Positions 28,876 to 38,186 of a stretch of DNA of 64,000 bases are shown here, piece after piece; position 1 is the first letter of the stretch; the number at the start of each line of letters is the position of its first letter. The DNA lies in the NCBI GenBank assembly GCA_040905715.1, contig JBBDRA010000003.1:330679-394678 (forward strand), read 5' to 3'. The position numbers and the translations under genes were made by a program. The DNA is from Minisyncoccota bacterium. Lineage in GTDB: Bacteria > Patescibacteriota > Minisyncoccia > Phycocordibacterales > CSBR16-193. A model generated the notes under the pieces. The model ran no database searches. It was not told the DNA's origin and was given only the letters and a program-made list of their open reading frames with translations.

Positions 28876-29427
28876 ATGAGCATGTCTAAAGAACAATTTT
28901 ATGCTAAAAAACCACTTGAAATGGTAAAACATGCCGAAGGATTGATAGCCCCTTTCGGACCTTTGTATTGTGCAGACAGAGATTTCCTAACGTTTGAATT
29001 ATTGTTTTTCTATTACTTCGTCTACGACTATAAGATGTTTAGCCAGTTAGACAATGAATTAAGAGGAAAAATCTTGAATGCATTTCTAGAAAAAATTCAA
29101 TCAAGCAGGCCCGATGACTTTCCTGATTTGAAAGCCGTCGATAAGTTTTACGAAAAACGCATTTTTACTTATTTCACAATTACTCAAAAAATTGGGAAAA
29201 TGGGAGAATTTGGCGAAAAATGTGCAGACTATATAAACACTCTCCTTACTTATTCTGAGAAAAACAATGTATTTACCTGCCACAATTTTGATCAGGCCGA
29301 AAAAGAACTGAAGCTCAACATTGAACCAAATAAATACACTGACGAATTGAAAGTGCTACTTACAATATCAAGCTCCCCCATGATGATTCATGGAATTGAC
29401 CCTACAGAAATGGATAAAGGTATTTAA
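28876..29427 (+). CDS. hypothetical cytoplasmic protein (cargo)
   Basis: 183-aa AT-rich ORF. No motif recognised. Confidence 0.45.
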   Translation: MSMSKEQFYAKKPLEMVKHAEGLIAPFGPLYCADRDFLTFELLFFYYFVYDYKMFSQLDNELRGKILNAFLEKIQSSRPDDFPDLKAVDKFYEKRIFTYFTITQKIGKMGEFGEKCADYINTLLTYSEKNNVFTCHNFDQAEKELKLNIEPNKYTDELKVLLTISSSPMMIHGIDPTEMDKGI

Positions 29428-29446
29428 CAATCTAATTGCGTACATT

Positions 29447-30094
29447 ATGGAAAAAGAACAAGAACAAAAGCCAAAACCGAAGCGCGTTGAAGAATTGGAA
29501 TACTTTCCATTCAAGAGTTTTGATGAGCTTAAAAAGCGAGTAAATGAGGGTGTTGCAAATCTTGGTGTTGATAGAAGCGTTGCGCTCCAATGGATTCAAA
29601 ACGGCATTCATTCTACTGGCTGGCAAAGGGCACAAGCTTTGTTTTTAGCTTCCCTAACTTTCATCGTCCCAATAGGTCTGATTATTTACATTATTGTGAC
29701 GCAAACTTGGCTTTTGCTCTTGGCCTTGCCGCTCCTATTGATTGGTTTCTTCATCTTTCATCCTAGCCAAGCGATGATGCTTGGGTCAATACGAAGCGGG
29801 CTTATTTTACTCACTTTTGGAGGATTGATTTGGGGATTCATCAACGGCATTGGCTGGCTCACTGCTCTCACTCTTTCGCTTGCAGTACTTTGGTACGCAC
29901 AGCGTACAATTTATCGCAAAGCCGTTGATGGCTTACTCCGTGCGGCAATACAACACGAGGATTTACTTTGCATTTTGTGGAGCGGTAACGCGTTGAACGT
30001 AACGATGTACAATGGCGATAGCTATTGGTCGAAATGGAAAAAAGAGGGTGGTAAAAATACGCACTATGACACAGGTAATACTTATGACGAATAA
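29447..30094 (+). CDS. hypothetical membrane protein, 4 TM helices (cargo)
   Basis: Internal Met MEKEQEQKPK. Four hydrophobic helices. Confidence 0.45.
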   Translation: MEKEQEQKPKPKRVEELEYFPFKSFDELKKRVNEGVANLGVDRSVALQWIQNGIHSTGWQRAQALFLASLTFIVPIGLIIYIIVTQTWLLLLALPLLLIGFFIFHPSQAMMLGSIRSGLILLTFGGLIWGFINGIGWLTALTLSLAVLWYAQRTIYRKAVDGLLRAAIQHEDLLCILWSGNALNVTMYNGDSYWSKWKKEGGKNTHYDTGNTYDE

Positions 30095-30097
30095 ACT

Positions 30098-31051
30098 ATG
30101 TTGATACTCGGAATAATTTTAACGGTTCTTGGCTTCATTGTTTTTCAATGGGCGGCGAATGCACAAAGCAAGTCGGTTTTTGAGCGACCAATGATTTTTA
30201 ATAGAGCAACTGCCGTAATTATCATCAACCTAATTTGGATAGGACTTTTCATTGGTGGTTTTTATAGCTTATGGCAAGTTAGCCCCAAAATAGTTTTAAC
30301 GATTATTGGTATTTACGCGGTACTATGGATACTAGGTTATTTCATGGGGAGCGAAAAAACAAGGGCGAAAAAGATTTTTAAGATTTATAGACAGCTAAAA
30401 CTTTTTCGTCCTAAAGCAAGTGATGAAGAAATTTTCAGAGAAACAGCCAACGCATACTTTCGAGGTTTGAGGTGGGATGAGGACAAAATCAGAATGACCG
30501 TTGACGCAATTTTTGAGAAAAGGATTGGCAGTAAAGAGGACAAAGACATAAAGGATGTGGCAAGCTCCATTCTGATTTTTGAAAATCCACATGGCGATTT
30601 CATGAGCTATGACTTTAGAAAATCAATGAAGCGTTTCTCAAAGAAACAAAAAGCCATAGATGACGCTTACAATGCAATTATCGGCAATGCACCAAAAGTT
30701 ACAGAACGACCAGATCTATCAGAAAACACAACCAAGTGGATTAAATCCATTGGATTTAATCCAGACGAAATGACCAATGAGCAGCTGGCTGTTTTCTCTG
30801 AAATAGACGACCATGGCAAGAGTAATTGGGCAGTTAGGTTTTTCTATGGCGCTTCTCTTCTTTTTCTGATTTTGGCTGGACTTAGTTTAATAGGTCTGAA
30901 GCTCGGCGGTGTACTTGTATATGGGATAATTTCTTTTGTAATTTGGTATATTGGACACAAAATACAAATGAAGCGGGTTAGCAAAAAGTTTTATGAGGCG
31001 AGCGTAATGAAATACGCGCAAGAACAAGCGGAAAATGGTAACAATCTTTAA
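30098..31051 (+). CDS. hypothetical membrane protein (cargo)
   Basis: N-terminal and C-terminal TM helix pairs flank a charged cytoplasmic domain. Confidence 0.45.
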   Translation: MLILGIILTVLGFIVFQWAANAQSKSVFERPMIFNRATAVIIINLIWIGLFIGGFYSLWQVSPKIVLTIIGIYAVLWILGYFMGSEKTRAKKIFKIYRQLKLFRPKASDEEIFRETANAYFRGLRWDEDKIRMTVDAIFEKRIGSKEDKDIKDVASSILIFENPHGDFMSYDFRKSMKRFSKKQKAIDDAYNAIIGNAPKVTERPDLSENTTKWIKSIGFNPDEMTNEQLAVFSEIDDHGKSNWAVRFFYGASLLFLILAGLSLIGLKLGGVLVYGIISFVIWYIGHKIQMKRVSKKFYEASVMKYAQEQAENGNNL

Positions 31052-31052
31052 T

Positions 31053-31904
31053 ATGGACACAAGCAATACAGCAGAAATCAATAACTATCGCGAAAGCGAG
31101 AGCAAGAAAATTAAAACAAAAACTTTTGTTTTAATTATTCTTTTTGCAATCGTTTTCAGTTTTATTATCAATGACGGGATACGATTAGTTATCCAAAAGT
31201 TTTTAGAGATTCCCTCTGATTCGATAGGACTTGCGCAGTGGGGAGACACATTTTTTCTCCGTATCCTCGCCTCTCTTGTAGCAATGGCGGCGGGAACTTT
31301 TGTAATAGGTACATTTTTGAAAGAAAAAGTGAGGTTAGCAGGAGTAATAGCAGCTCTCCCAGCGACTTTGTTTTGGATTGCAACTTTGATATTTGGAATA
31401 ACTATTGTTTCAGATTATGGATATTCGTTTGAGAGCGTTAAGGCAATGTTGCTATTGCCGGCTATTTTAGCAATCTCATTACCAGTGGTGGGATATTTTA
31501 GCTCCGGGTGGGGTCAAGAGTATCGCGATCATTTTCAAAAACCAAAAAGTGTCCTAGATATAAAGTGGTATCACTGGCTTTGGATTTTCCCATTCTATTT
31601 AAATAAGATTGTCGCTATTTTGCTGTTTAGTATAATTTTGTTGGTACAGTTTGACTTTAGCGAGGGGTGGACTGGAATGTATCCTGGAATTTTAGATTTT
31701 ATAACAAATTGGGGTTATTACTTGGGGAGAATAATTCTACTTTTCATCATCATTGGCCTCTTTTTGTCTGTTAAACATGTCTACACTCTACTTTCGGAAA
31801 AAAGTAAAACCAGAAAAGAGAAGTGGGGTAAGGGAGCGATAATATTTGGTCATGTTTTTCTGTTCTCTATACTTTACGTCCTAATTTTTGGACAGTATTT
31901 ATAA
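31053..31904 (+). CDS. hypothetical polytopic membrane protein (cargo)
   Basis: Internal Met MDTSNTAEI. About 8 hydrophobic helices. Confidence 0.45.
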   Translation: MDTSNTAEINNYRESESKKIKTKTFVLIILFAIVFSFIINDGIRLVIQKFLEIPSDSIGLAQWGDTFFLRILASLVAMAAGTFVIGTFLKEKVRLAGVIAALPATLFWIATLIFGITIVSDYGYSFESVKAMLLLPAILAISLPVVGYFSSGWGQEYRDHFQKPKSVLDIKWYHWLWIFPFYLNKIVAILLFSIILLVQFDFSEGWTGMYPGILDFITNWGYYLGRIILLFIIIGLFLSVKHVYTLLSEKSKTRKEKWGKGAIIFGHVFLFSILYVLIFGQYL

Positions 31905-31911
31905 TTCTATG

Positions 31912-32232
31912 GATTTAAACAAAAAGAAAAACATAGCACTGCTTATTGCCGCCGCTTTCTTGTTCGTGGCTTTGTTTGACGGCTGGCCTTACGGCTTTTT
32001 TACGCTCTTGCGATTTGTGGTGTTTGCAAGCTCTGTGTATGTCGCATGGATGGCGTATGAAGCGCAAAAAGAGAAATGGGTTTGGATTTTCGGATTTCTC
32101 GCGGTGCTTTTCAATCCGTTCATTGTCATTCACCTTGACCGCGAGATTTGGAGTATTATTGATTTGATTGTTGGAGTATTTATGATTGTTTCTCTTTTTG
32201 CGCTAAAATTGGATAAGCCAAAGACAGAATAA
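31912..32232 (+). CDS. hypothetical small membrane protein (cargo)
   Basis: Internal Met MDLNKKKNIALLIAAAF. Three to four TM helices. Confidence 0.4.
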   Translation, partial: DLNKKKNIALLIAAAFLFVALFDGWPYGFFTLLRFVVFASSVYVAWMAYEAQKEKWVWIFGFLAVLFNPFIVIHLDREIWSIIDLIVGVFMIVSLFALKLDKPKTE

Positions 32233-32235
32233 CAA

Positions 32236-32566
32236 CCCGCCCGTTCCCCGAAGCGAGGACGGCTCGGCAGGAGGGGTTCAAGGGGAGGAATGCCGAGCCG
32301 TCCGAGCGTGGAAGCCCCGCCCCGCCCGAAAACTTGGAGGGCGGAACCGAGCAGAAATTTCCCTTTCCTTTTTAGAATTTTTTTCAGGGGGCGCGCGCAA
32401 AAGAAAATTGTAAGGGAAAATTTCTGCGAGGTTCTCGCCGTAGCGATAGCGGAGGCGAGGGGCGGGGCGAGAGCGTACGATTTAGTTCAGAGCCACCACG
32501 CGCTCCGCGCGTGCGTCAGTCGGGGTTCTGTTCAAAATGCGTTCGAGCGAAGTCGTATAATTCCAC
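32236..32566. repeat. inverted repeat 2, right copy
   Basis: Reverse complement of 28242..28573. Together the two copies bracket the cargo operon. Confidence 0.85.
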
Positions 32567-32570
32567 AATA

Positions 32571-32596
32571 AACCCCGCGTAAAGCGGGTTTTTGTG
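32571..32596 (+). terminator. intrinsic terminator after the cargo operon and inverted repeat 2-R
   Basis: Hairpin aaccccgc-gtaaa-gcgggtt followed by a T-run. Confidence 0.6.
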
Positions 32597-32735
32597 TGCC
32601 CGGAACAAGAGCACTGCTGCTCTTGTGTCTGGACGAGAAAGGCGAAGCGATGTCGCGATAGCGACCGTGAGCCCGGCCAGGAGCCCACTTAGTGAATGAC
32701 GAGCGAAACGAGGAGTGAGCTTAGTGAGCTGACGG

Positions 32736-32754
32736 CGAGTCCTGTCGGGTCCAC
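32736..32754 (+). repeat. partial direct copy of the tRNA-Ala 3' end (att remnant, inner copy)
   Basis: cgagtcctgtcgggtccac, identical over 19 nt to the tRNA 3' end. Confidence 0.7.
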
Positions 32755-32878
32755 ACGAACAAAGTGAGCTTGAGTCGAAGAAAGCTCCGGGGGAGCTTTT
32801 GTCAGGACTCGAAAAGGTTCTCCGGCTCAGAGATGACCGAAGAGAGTCGATGAGCGGAAACCTGCACTGATCCTGTAA

Positions 32879-32901
32879 GGATCGAGTCCTGTCGGGTCCA
32901 C
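32879..32901 (+). repeat. partial direct copy of the tRNA-Ala 3' end (attR-like, outer copy)
   Basis: ggatcgagtcctgtcgggtccac against the tRNA's ggttcgagtcctgtcgggtccac: 22 of 23 positions match. Confidence 0.7.
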
Positions 32902-33073
32902 TGTTCCAAAAAACTTCCATATTCATTCGGGAGTTTTTTGTTTGCGCGGTCTCGTGAGTTGTTATTGGTTCAAATATAGTAAGGTCAACAGAATTGACAT
33001 CTATTCTATTCGCGCTAGATTGATAGCGATCGTACTATGTTCTTTACCTACCTCTGACCGAAGGGAATCCGTC

Positions 33074-33334
33074 ATGAACAGAGAAGAAATTTTCGAAAAA
33101 GTCGTGAGTATCGTTGCTGATCGCATGAACGTGCATCCGGACGAGGTCAATGATGATACGAACTTCACTCTCGACCTTTGTGCTGACTCGCTCGACATGG
33201 TCGAACTCGTCATGGAGTTCGAGGAAAAATTTGAGATAACAATACCTGAAGGGGAGACCGAAAGAATCAAGTCTGTTGGTGAAGCGGTCAACTTTATTTT
33301 CGACAGCATCATTTCCTCCTCGGCACAGGCGTAG
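33074..33334 (+). CDS. acpP: acyl carrier protein
   Basis: Internal Met MNREEIFEKVVSIVADRM. Phosphopantetheine-attachment motif LCADSLDMVELVMEFEE. Confidence 0.85.
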   Translation: MNREEIFEKVVSIVADRMNVHPDEVNDDTNFTLDLCADSLDMVELVMEFEEKFEITIPEGETERIKSVGEAVNFIFDSIISSSAQA

Positions 33335-33448
33335 CAGTGGTCGCCCGCAATTTCATAGCCAGTCGATATGTATGTATCGGCTGGTTTTTTGTGTCACTAG
33401 AACAGTACTGCCAACGTGATAGAATGAAATTACTATATAGATAACCTT

Positions 33449-34447
33449 TTGTATTTTATGGCAATGATCGATTCAATTTTAAAATTTCCGGAACAATTCG
33501 ACTATGAACCGGAGATCGAAAATAGCGATGCGCTCGTCGACGAGTATAGGCATTTTGTTCTCGACGGCATGGGTGGATCGCATCTTCACGCAGACCTTCT
33601 CAAAGATCACGATCCGTCGATCGATCTATATGTCCACCGAAGCTACGGCGTACCGCTTGAAGCACATCATCCACCGATAGATGAACTGGAAAAAGATCGA
33701 ACCTTGTTCATTGCCAGCTCGCATTCGGGAAACACCGAAGAGGTGTTGGATTTTGCAGAGGAAGCTCATAAGAAAGGATACCACGTAGCCTGTATAGCTA
33801 CCGGCGGCAAGCTTATTGAATTTGCTCAGAAGAATGATCTGCCGTATATCCAGTTTCCTGATACAGGCATCCAGCCCAGAACTGCTCTCGGCTTCGCACT
33901 CCTCGCGTTGGTAAAGTTCGTTAAGCCGGACCTTCTGTCGGATCTGCACTCACTCAAAAAAGTGATCAACCCTGAATCTGTGCGCGAAAGAGGGGAAGAG
34001 CTTGCAGAACTGCTTAAAGATCATGTCCCGGTTATTTATAGTTCAGCAGATAATAGTGCGATCGCTTACAACTGGAAGATCAAGTTCAACGAGACCGGAA
34101 AGATACCGGCTTTCTATAACGTTTTGCCGGAACTCAATCATAATGAAATGACCGGCTTTGATGTGCAAGACGCAAATAAGCATCTTTCGAAGCAGTTCAT
34201 GTTTGTCTTTCTCAAAGACACAAATGACCACGACCAGATCCAAAAGCGAATGAAAGTATGTGCCCAGCTATATACTGACCGTGGCTTCACGGTCATTGAG
34301 CAGCCGCTGACCGGCAAAACGTATTTCGAGCGAGCTCTTCATTCACTGCTTATGGCTGATTGGGCTGCGCTTAAGACAGCTGAACTTTACGGAACCGAAC
34401 CGGAGCAGGTACCTATGGTGGAGGAATTTAAAAAGAAGATAGCGTAA
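33449..34447 (+). CDS. bifunctional phosphoglucose/phosphomannose isomerase (SIS-domain, archaeal-type PGI/PMI)
   Basis: SIS motif FIASSHSGNTEE and the overall pattern of the archaeal/CPR PGI-PMI family. Confidence 0.75.
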   Translation: MYFMAMIDSILKFPEQFDYEPEIENSDALVDEYRHFVLDGMGGSHLHADLLKDHDPSIDLYVHRSYGVPLEAHHPPIDELEKDRTLFIASSHSGNTEEVLDFAEEAHKKGYHVACIATGGKLIEFAQKNDLPYIQFPDTGIQPRTALGFALLALVKFVKPDLLSDLHSLKKVINPESVRERGEELAELLKDHVPVIYSSADNSAIAYNWKIKFNETGKIPAFYNVLPELNHNEMTGFDVQDANKHLSKQFMFVFLKDTNDHDQIQKRMKVCAQLYTDRGFTVIEQPLTGKTYFERALHSLLMADWAALKTAELYGTEPEQVPMVEEFKKKIA

Positions 34448-34491
34448 AATGTACACCTGCTGCAAAGTACAATCCTTAATGTAACCTGAAT

Positions 34492-35337
34492 ATGTATATC
34501 CTCTTTGACATCGGTGCTACCAAAACACGAATTGCCGCAACCGTTGATCGCCAGACATTTACTGAACCGACAATAATCAAGACACCGGCCTCATTTGATG
34601 AATTCAAAAACACGTTCACTCAGACTGCCCGCGAGCATATCGGCAGTGAATCGATAGACGGCGCAGTTGGTGGGATGACCGGCGCACTCGATAAGGAACG
34701 AGGTGTAATGATCGACTCACCTCATTTGCCGGAATGGAATGGCAGACTCATTTGTGACGAATTAGGCAGCGAGCTGGGTGCACATATAACCATAGAAAAC
34801 GATTCTGCGGTTGTCGGTCTTGGTGAGGCAGTGTATGGAGCCGGGAAGGGATATCGTATAGCAAGTTACGTCACGGTATCTACCGGAGTTGGTGGTGCGC
34901 GTTTTATAAACGGAAAAATAGACGAAAATGCACACGGATTTGAGCCGGGGCGTCAGATCGTGGATATTTCCGGATCGCTCGACGGAGGTAACTCTGACGG
35001 TACCCTGGAAGGTCTTGTTTCCGGGACGGCACTTGAGAAACGATTTGGCATGCCGGCGATCGAGGTGAGTGACCCAAAAGTGTGGGATGATCTTGCTCAA
35101 CAGCTTGCGGTCGGACTGTATAACCTTTCGCTCATTTGGTCACCGGAAGTGATCGTTCTGGGCGGATCAATGATCACCGGAGACCCAGCTATTGATGTTA
35201 CTGCTACTGAAAAAGCATTTCGAGAGAGGATAGAGCAGGTATTCGCTACCGCACCGGACATTAGGAAGGCTGAACTGGGAGATATTAACGGTGTATGGGG
35301 CGCTTTGGCGTATCTCAACAACCTGGACCTGCCTTAG
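34492..35337 (+). CDS. ROK-family sugar kinase (glucokinase-like)
   Basis: N-terminal ILFDIGATKTRIA. Actin-like ATPase motifs ENDSAVVGLGEAVYGAG and VTVSTGVGGA. Confidence 0.7.
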   Translation: MYILFDIGATKTRIAATVDRQTFTEPTIIKTPASFDEFKNTFTQTAREHIGSESIDGAVGGMTGALDKERGVMIDSPHLPEWNGRLICDELGSELGAHITIENDSAVVGLGEAVYGAGKGYRIASYVTVSTGVGGARFINGKIDENAHGFEPGRQIVDISGSLDGGNSDGTLEGLVSGTALEKRFGMPAIEVSDPKVWDDLAQQLAVGLYNLSLIWSPEVIVLGGSMITGDPAIDVTATEKAFRERIEQVFATAPDIRKAELGDINGVWGALAYLNNLDLP

Positions 35338-35392
35338 ATCACGAGCGCAGACGTGATATACTAGGCTTCTAACGATACTAATCATATACACT

Positions 35393-35626
35393 ATGGGACT
35401 TAAAAACTACGTAATGCGGAAGATGATGCAATCGAAACTCAAAGACGCTCCGCCACAGCAGCAGGAAATGATCATGAACTTGGTAGAAAATAATCCGGAA
35501 CTGTTCGAAAAGATCAGCAAAGAAATAAAGCAAGAGATGAAGAACGGTAAGGACCAAATGGCGGCAAGCATGCTCGTGATGAAGAAATACCAAGGTGAAA
35601 TCCAGAAGGCTCTACAGAAGAAATAA
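35393..35626 (+). CDS. hypothetical small K/Q/E-rich protein
   Basis: 77-aa ORF with no motif. Confidence 0.4.
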   Translation: MGLKNYVMRKMMQSKLKDAPPQQQEMIMNLVENNPELFEKISKEIKQEMKNGKDQMAASMLVMKKYQGEIQKALQKK

Positions 35627-35643
35627 AAAGTCAAAAGTAGGAC

Positions 35644-36390
35644 ATGATCATTCGCTATCGATTTAATTTTGCCTTTCAGATTACATTGGGAGCAGCAGCG
35701 TTCGTGGGTGTGCTACTCACTGCAAGTAACACACAGCCCAGTAGTTATCTGTGGCTTGGTGCGGGACTGATTGGCGTGGGGTGTTTTGTATTAAGCGGCT
35801 TTCGTCTACGTCGGAGAATACGAAAAGTTTACATACTTGTCGGTCATCCAAATCCGAACAAAACCTACTCTGATGAATTAGCTAATGCCTACGAACAGGG
35901 GGCTCGTGATAGCGGGTATACGGTCGTGCGTCAGGACATTTCAAAGCTATCATTTGATCCAATCCTCCATAAGGGATATGACGAGATCCAGGAACTTGAA
36001 CCGGATCTTAAGAAGGTGCAGGACAACATTTTGTGGGCCGATCACTTTGTATTGATCTACCCTAACTGGTGGTCAACAATGCCGGCGATCCTGAAGGGGT
36101 TATTCGACCGTATTTGGTTGCCCGGATTTGCGTTTAACTTCCACGCATTTGGCTGGAAAAAGCTTCTTAAAGGCAGAACCGCTCGGGTACTGATCACTCT
36201 TGACAATCATCCCTTGCTAGCTTGGATGGTCTTCGGAGATTATACAAACGAGATACAAAACGCACTGCTTGAGTTTGCCGGTATTCAGCCAGCAGATGTG
36301 ACGCAATTTGGATCTCTTAAATTCCGGTCACAGAAAAGTAAAAAACGTCTTGTCCGGAAGGCGTATCGAATGGGCCGGTGGGCACTGTAA
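35644..36390 (+). CDS. flavodoxin-like NAD(P)H-dependent oxidoreductase (MdaB/KefF-type) fused to an N-terminal 2-TM segment
   Basis: Core VYILVGHPNPNKTYS...ADHFVLIYPNWWSTMPAILKGLFDRIW. The first roughly 55 aa form two hydrophobic helices. Confidence 0.65.
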   Translation: MIIRYRFNFAFQITLGAAAFVGVLLTASNTQPSSYLWLGAGLIGVGCFVLSGFRLRRRIRKVYILVGHPNPNKTYSDELANAYEQGARDSGYTVVRQDISKLSFDPILHKGYDEIQELEPDLKKVQDNILWADHFVLIYPNWWSTMPAILKGLFDRIWLPGFAFNFHAFGWKKLLKGRTARVLITLDNHPLLAWMVFGDYTNEIQNALLEFAGIQPADVTQFGSLKFRSQKSKKRLVRKAYRMGRWAL

Positions 36391-36470
36391 TTTTGATTTT
36401 ACTGATACAAGTTGATATAGTGTAATATGTTCCTTACGAAAACACCATTGGGTCAGAAAGGAGAAACCTT

Positions 36471-36758
36471 GTGACTCTAAACTCTGATGTCGCTCAAAAA
36501 GATCGTGACACCTTAATAAAGGAGTACGAAAAAGAGCTGCGTAAGCACTTCAAGTGGAGAGCGCGGGTGCATCACGACACGAAAAACAAGTTCGAGCCCG
36601 GAGAGTATCGTGGTATCGAAAGCTGGAACAAGATGCACAAACGGCGACTTGCTCAAGACAAGAAGAAGTTTGCTGACCGCCGGCGCAGCCTCGGTCTCCG
36701 CAAGGGCGAAGACGAGGTGATCCAGAACAGGGTTATCCGAGAACTTGGCTTACGATAG
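36471..36758 (+). CDS. hypothetical small basic protein
   Basis: GTG start. 95 aa, R/K-rich. Confidence 0.4.
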   Translation: MTLNSDVAQKDRDTLIKEYEKELRKHFKWRARVHHDTKNKFEPGEYRGIESWNKMHKRRLAQDKKKFADRRRSLGLRKGEDEVIQNRVIRELGLR

Positions 36759-36906
36759 TCGCCCACGGTCAGGGAGAACTTCTCATGCAGCAACGGAATA
36801 CAGCACAGCAGACTCAAGGGTGTTGACCGGTACCCGTCGAAAGATGTGTGCCGGTTTTTTCATTTATGATACGCTATGAGTCCGGAACGTTAATTATAAT
36901 ACTAGT

Positions 36907-38004
36907 ATGTCACTCTCGATCGGAATTGTAGGACTACCAAACGTCGGTAAATCGACGCTTTTTAATGCGTTAACAAAGAAATCAGTCGATGCAGCGAACT
37001 ATCCGTTCTGCACGATCGATCCCGCAGTCGGTGTGGTGCCGGTTCCGGACGAGCGACTCTGGAAGCTCAGCGAATTTAGCAGATCAGAAAACACGCTACC
37101 GGCCGTGGTCGAGTTTGTTGATATTGCCGGACTGGTCAAAGGAGCGGCTGAAGGAGAGGGGCTTGGCAACGCGTTTCTCTCGAATATTCGGGAAGTGGAT
37201 GCGATCGCGCACGTCGTGCGTATTTTCGATGATCCCAATATTGTTCATGTAAATGGAGCGATCGATCCACTTGCGGATATCGAGACGATACACCTCGAAC
37301 TTATATTTGCCGATCTTGATACCGTAAACAAGCGACTTTCATCACTTGAACGCGATGTAAAGCGAGGCGATAAAGCTGCCGTGAAAGAAAATGTCGTGGT
37401 AGCAAAAGTAAAGGAAGCCCTTGAGGCAAGCCAGCTTGTCTCGAGCCTTTCGCTAAGCGAGGAAGAGCGCACTGAGCTTCAGGGGCTCCACCTACTTACC
37501 GCCAAGCCCATCCTTTTTGTTTTAAATAAGCAGTCAGGTGGACAGAATATCGATGAAACTGACTCGGAGAAGTTTACAAATCTCACCAATGCAATAAAAG
37601 AGATGGGGGCGCAGTATGTACTGGTGGATGCCAATATTGAGAACGAGGTAAAGGAACTTGAAGGCGAGGAAAAGCAGACCTTCCGCGAAGAGCTCGGAGC
37701 AAAAGATTCCGGATTTGATTCTTTTATACAGCAAAGTTACGACTTGCTTGGATTGATCACCTACTTCACTACCGGAGAAAAAGAGACACGAGCCTGGACA
37801 ACACACGTCGGAGCAACGGCACCTGAGGCAGGTGCGTCGATTCACTCTGACTTTCAGGACAAATTCATTCGAGCTGACATTATTCAGTGGAATGTACTAC
37901 TTGATGCAGGATCTCGCGCCGCAGCTCGTGACCAAGGACTCATTAGAACAGAAGGGAAGGAATATATTGTGCAAGACGGTGACGTGATAGAGTTTAAGAT
38001 ATAA
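36907..38004 (+). CDS. ychF: ribosome-binding ATPase YchF (Obg-family GTPase)
   Basis: G1 motif [18 protein letters not shown] and a C-terminal TGS domain. Confidence 0.9.
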   Translation: MSLSIGIVGLPNVGKSTLFNALTKKSVDAANYPFCTIDPAVGVVPVPDERLWKLSEFSRSENTLPAVVEFVDIAGLVKGAAEGEGLGNAFLSNIREVDAIAHVVRIFDDPNIVHVNGAIDPLADIETIHLELIFADLDTVNKRLSSLERDVKRGDKAAVKENVVVAKVKEALEASQLVSSLSLSEEERTELQGLHLLTAKPILFVLNKQSGGQNIDETDSEKFTNLTNAIKEMGAQYVLVDANIENEVKELEGEEKQTFREELGAKDSGFDSFIQQSYDLLGLITYFTTGEKETRAWTTHVGATAPEAGASIHSDFQDKFIRADIIQWNVLLDAGSRAAARDQGLIRTEGKEYIVQDGDVIEFKI

Positions 38005-38186
38005 AGCAGATTAAGCAGTCGGACAGATCGGAATCTCTTCGCCTAGTTAAAATAAACACTAAAGACCGGGGTCTTTAGTGTTTATTTGTTACGTATAGGG
38101 GTGTTGTTACCTACAAACACCCGTTTGGCTTGTTTGCTGGCGGTTCCTACTTACGGTATAGTACGAATCACAAACCACGTAGTCAC

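Larger units (their letters stand above)
26580..32901. mobile_element. integrated element of about 6.3 kb at tRNA-Ala (recombinase, nested inverted repeats, XRE/membrane-protein cargo)
   Basis: The tRNA 3' end ggttcgagtcctgtcgggtccacca (26580..26604) recurs as a 19-nt direct repeat at 32736..32754 and as a 23-nt repeat with one mismatch at 32879..32901. The interior is compositionally distinct (AT-rich cargo, GC-rich repeats) and holds a serine recombinase. Confidence 0.7.
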
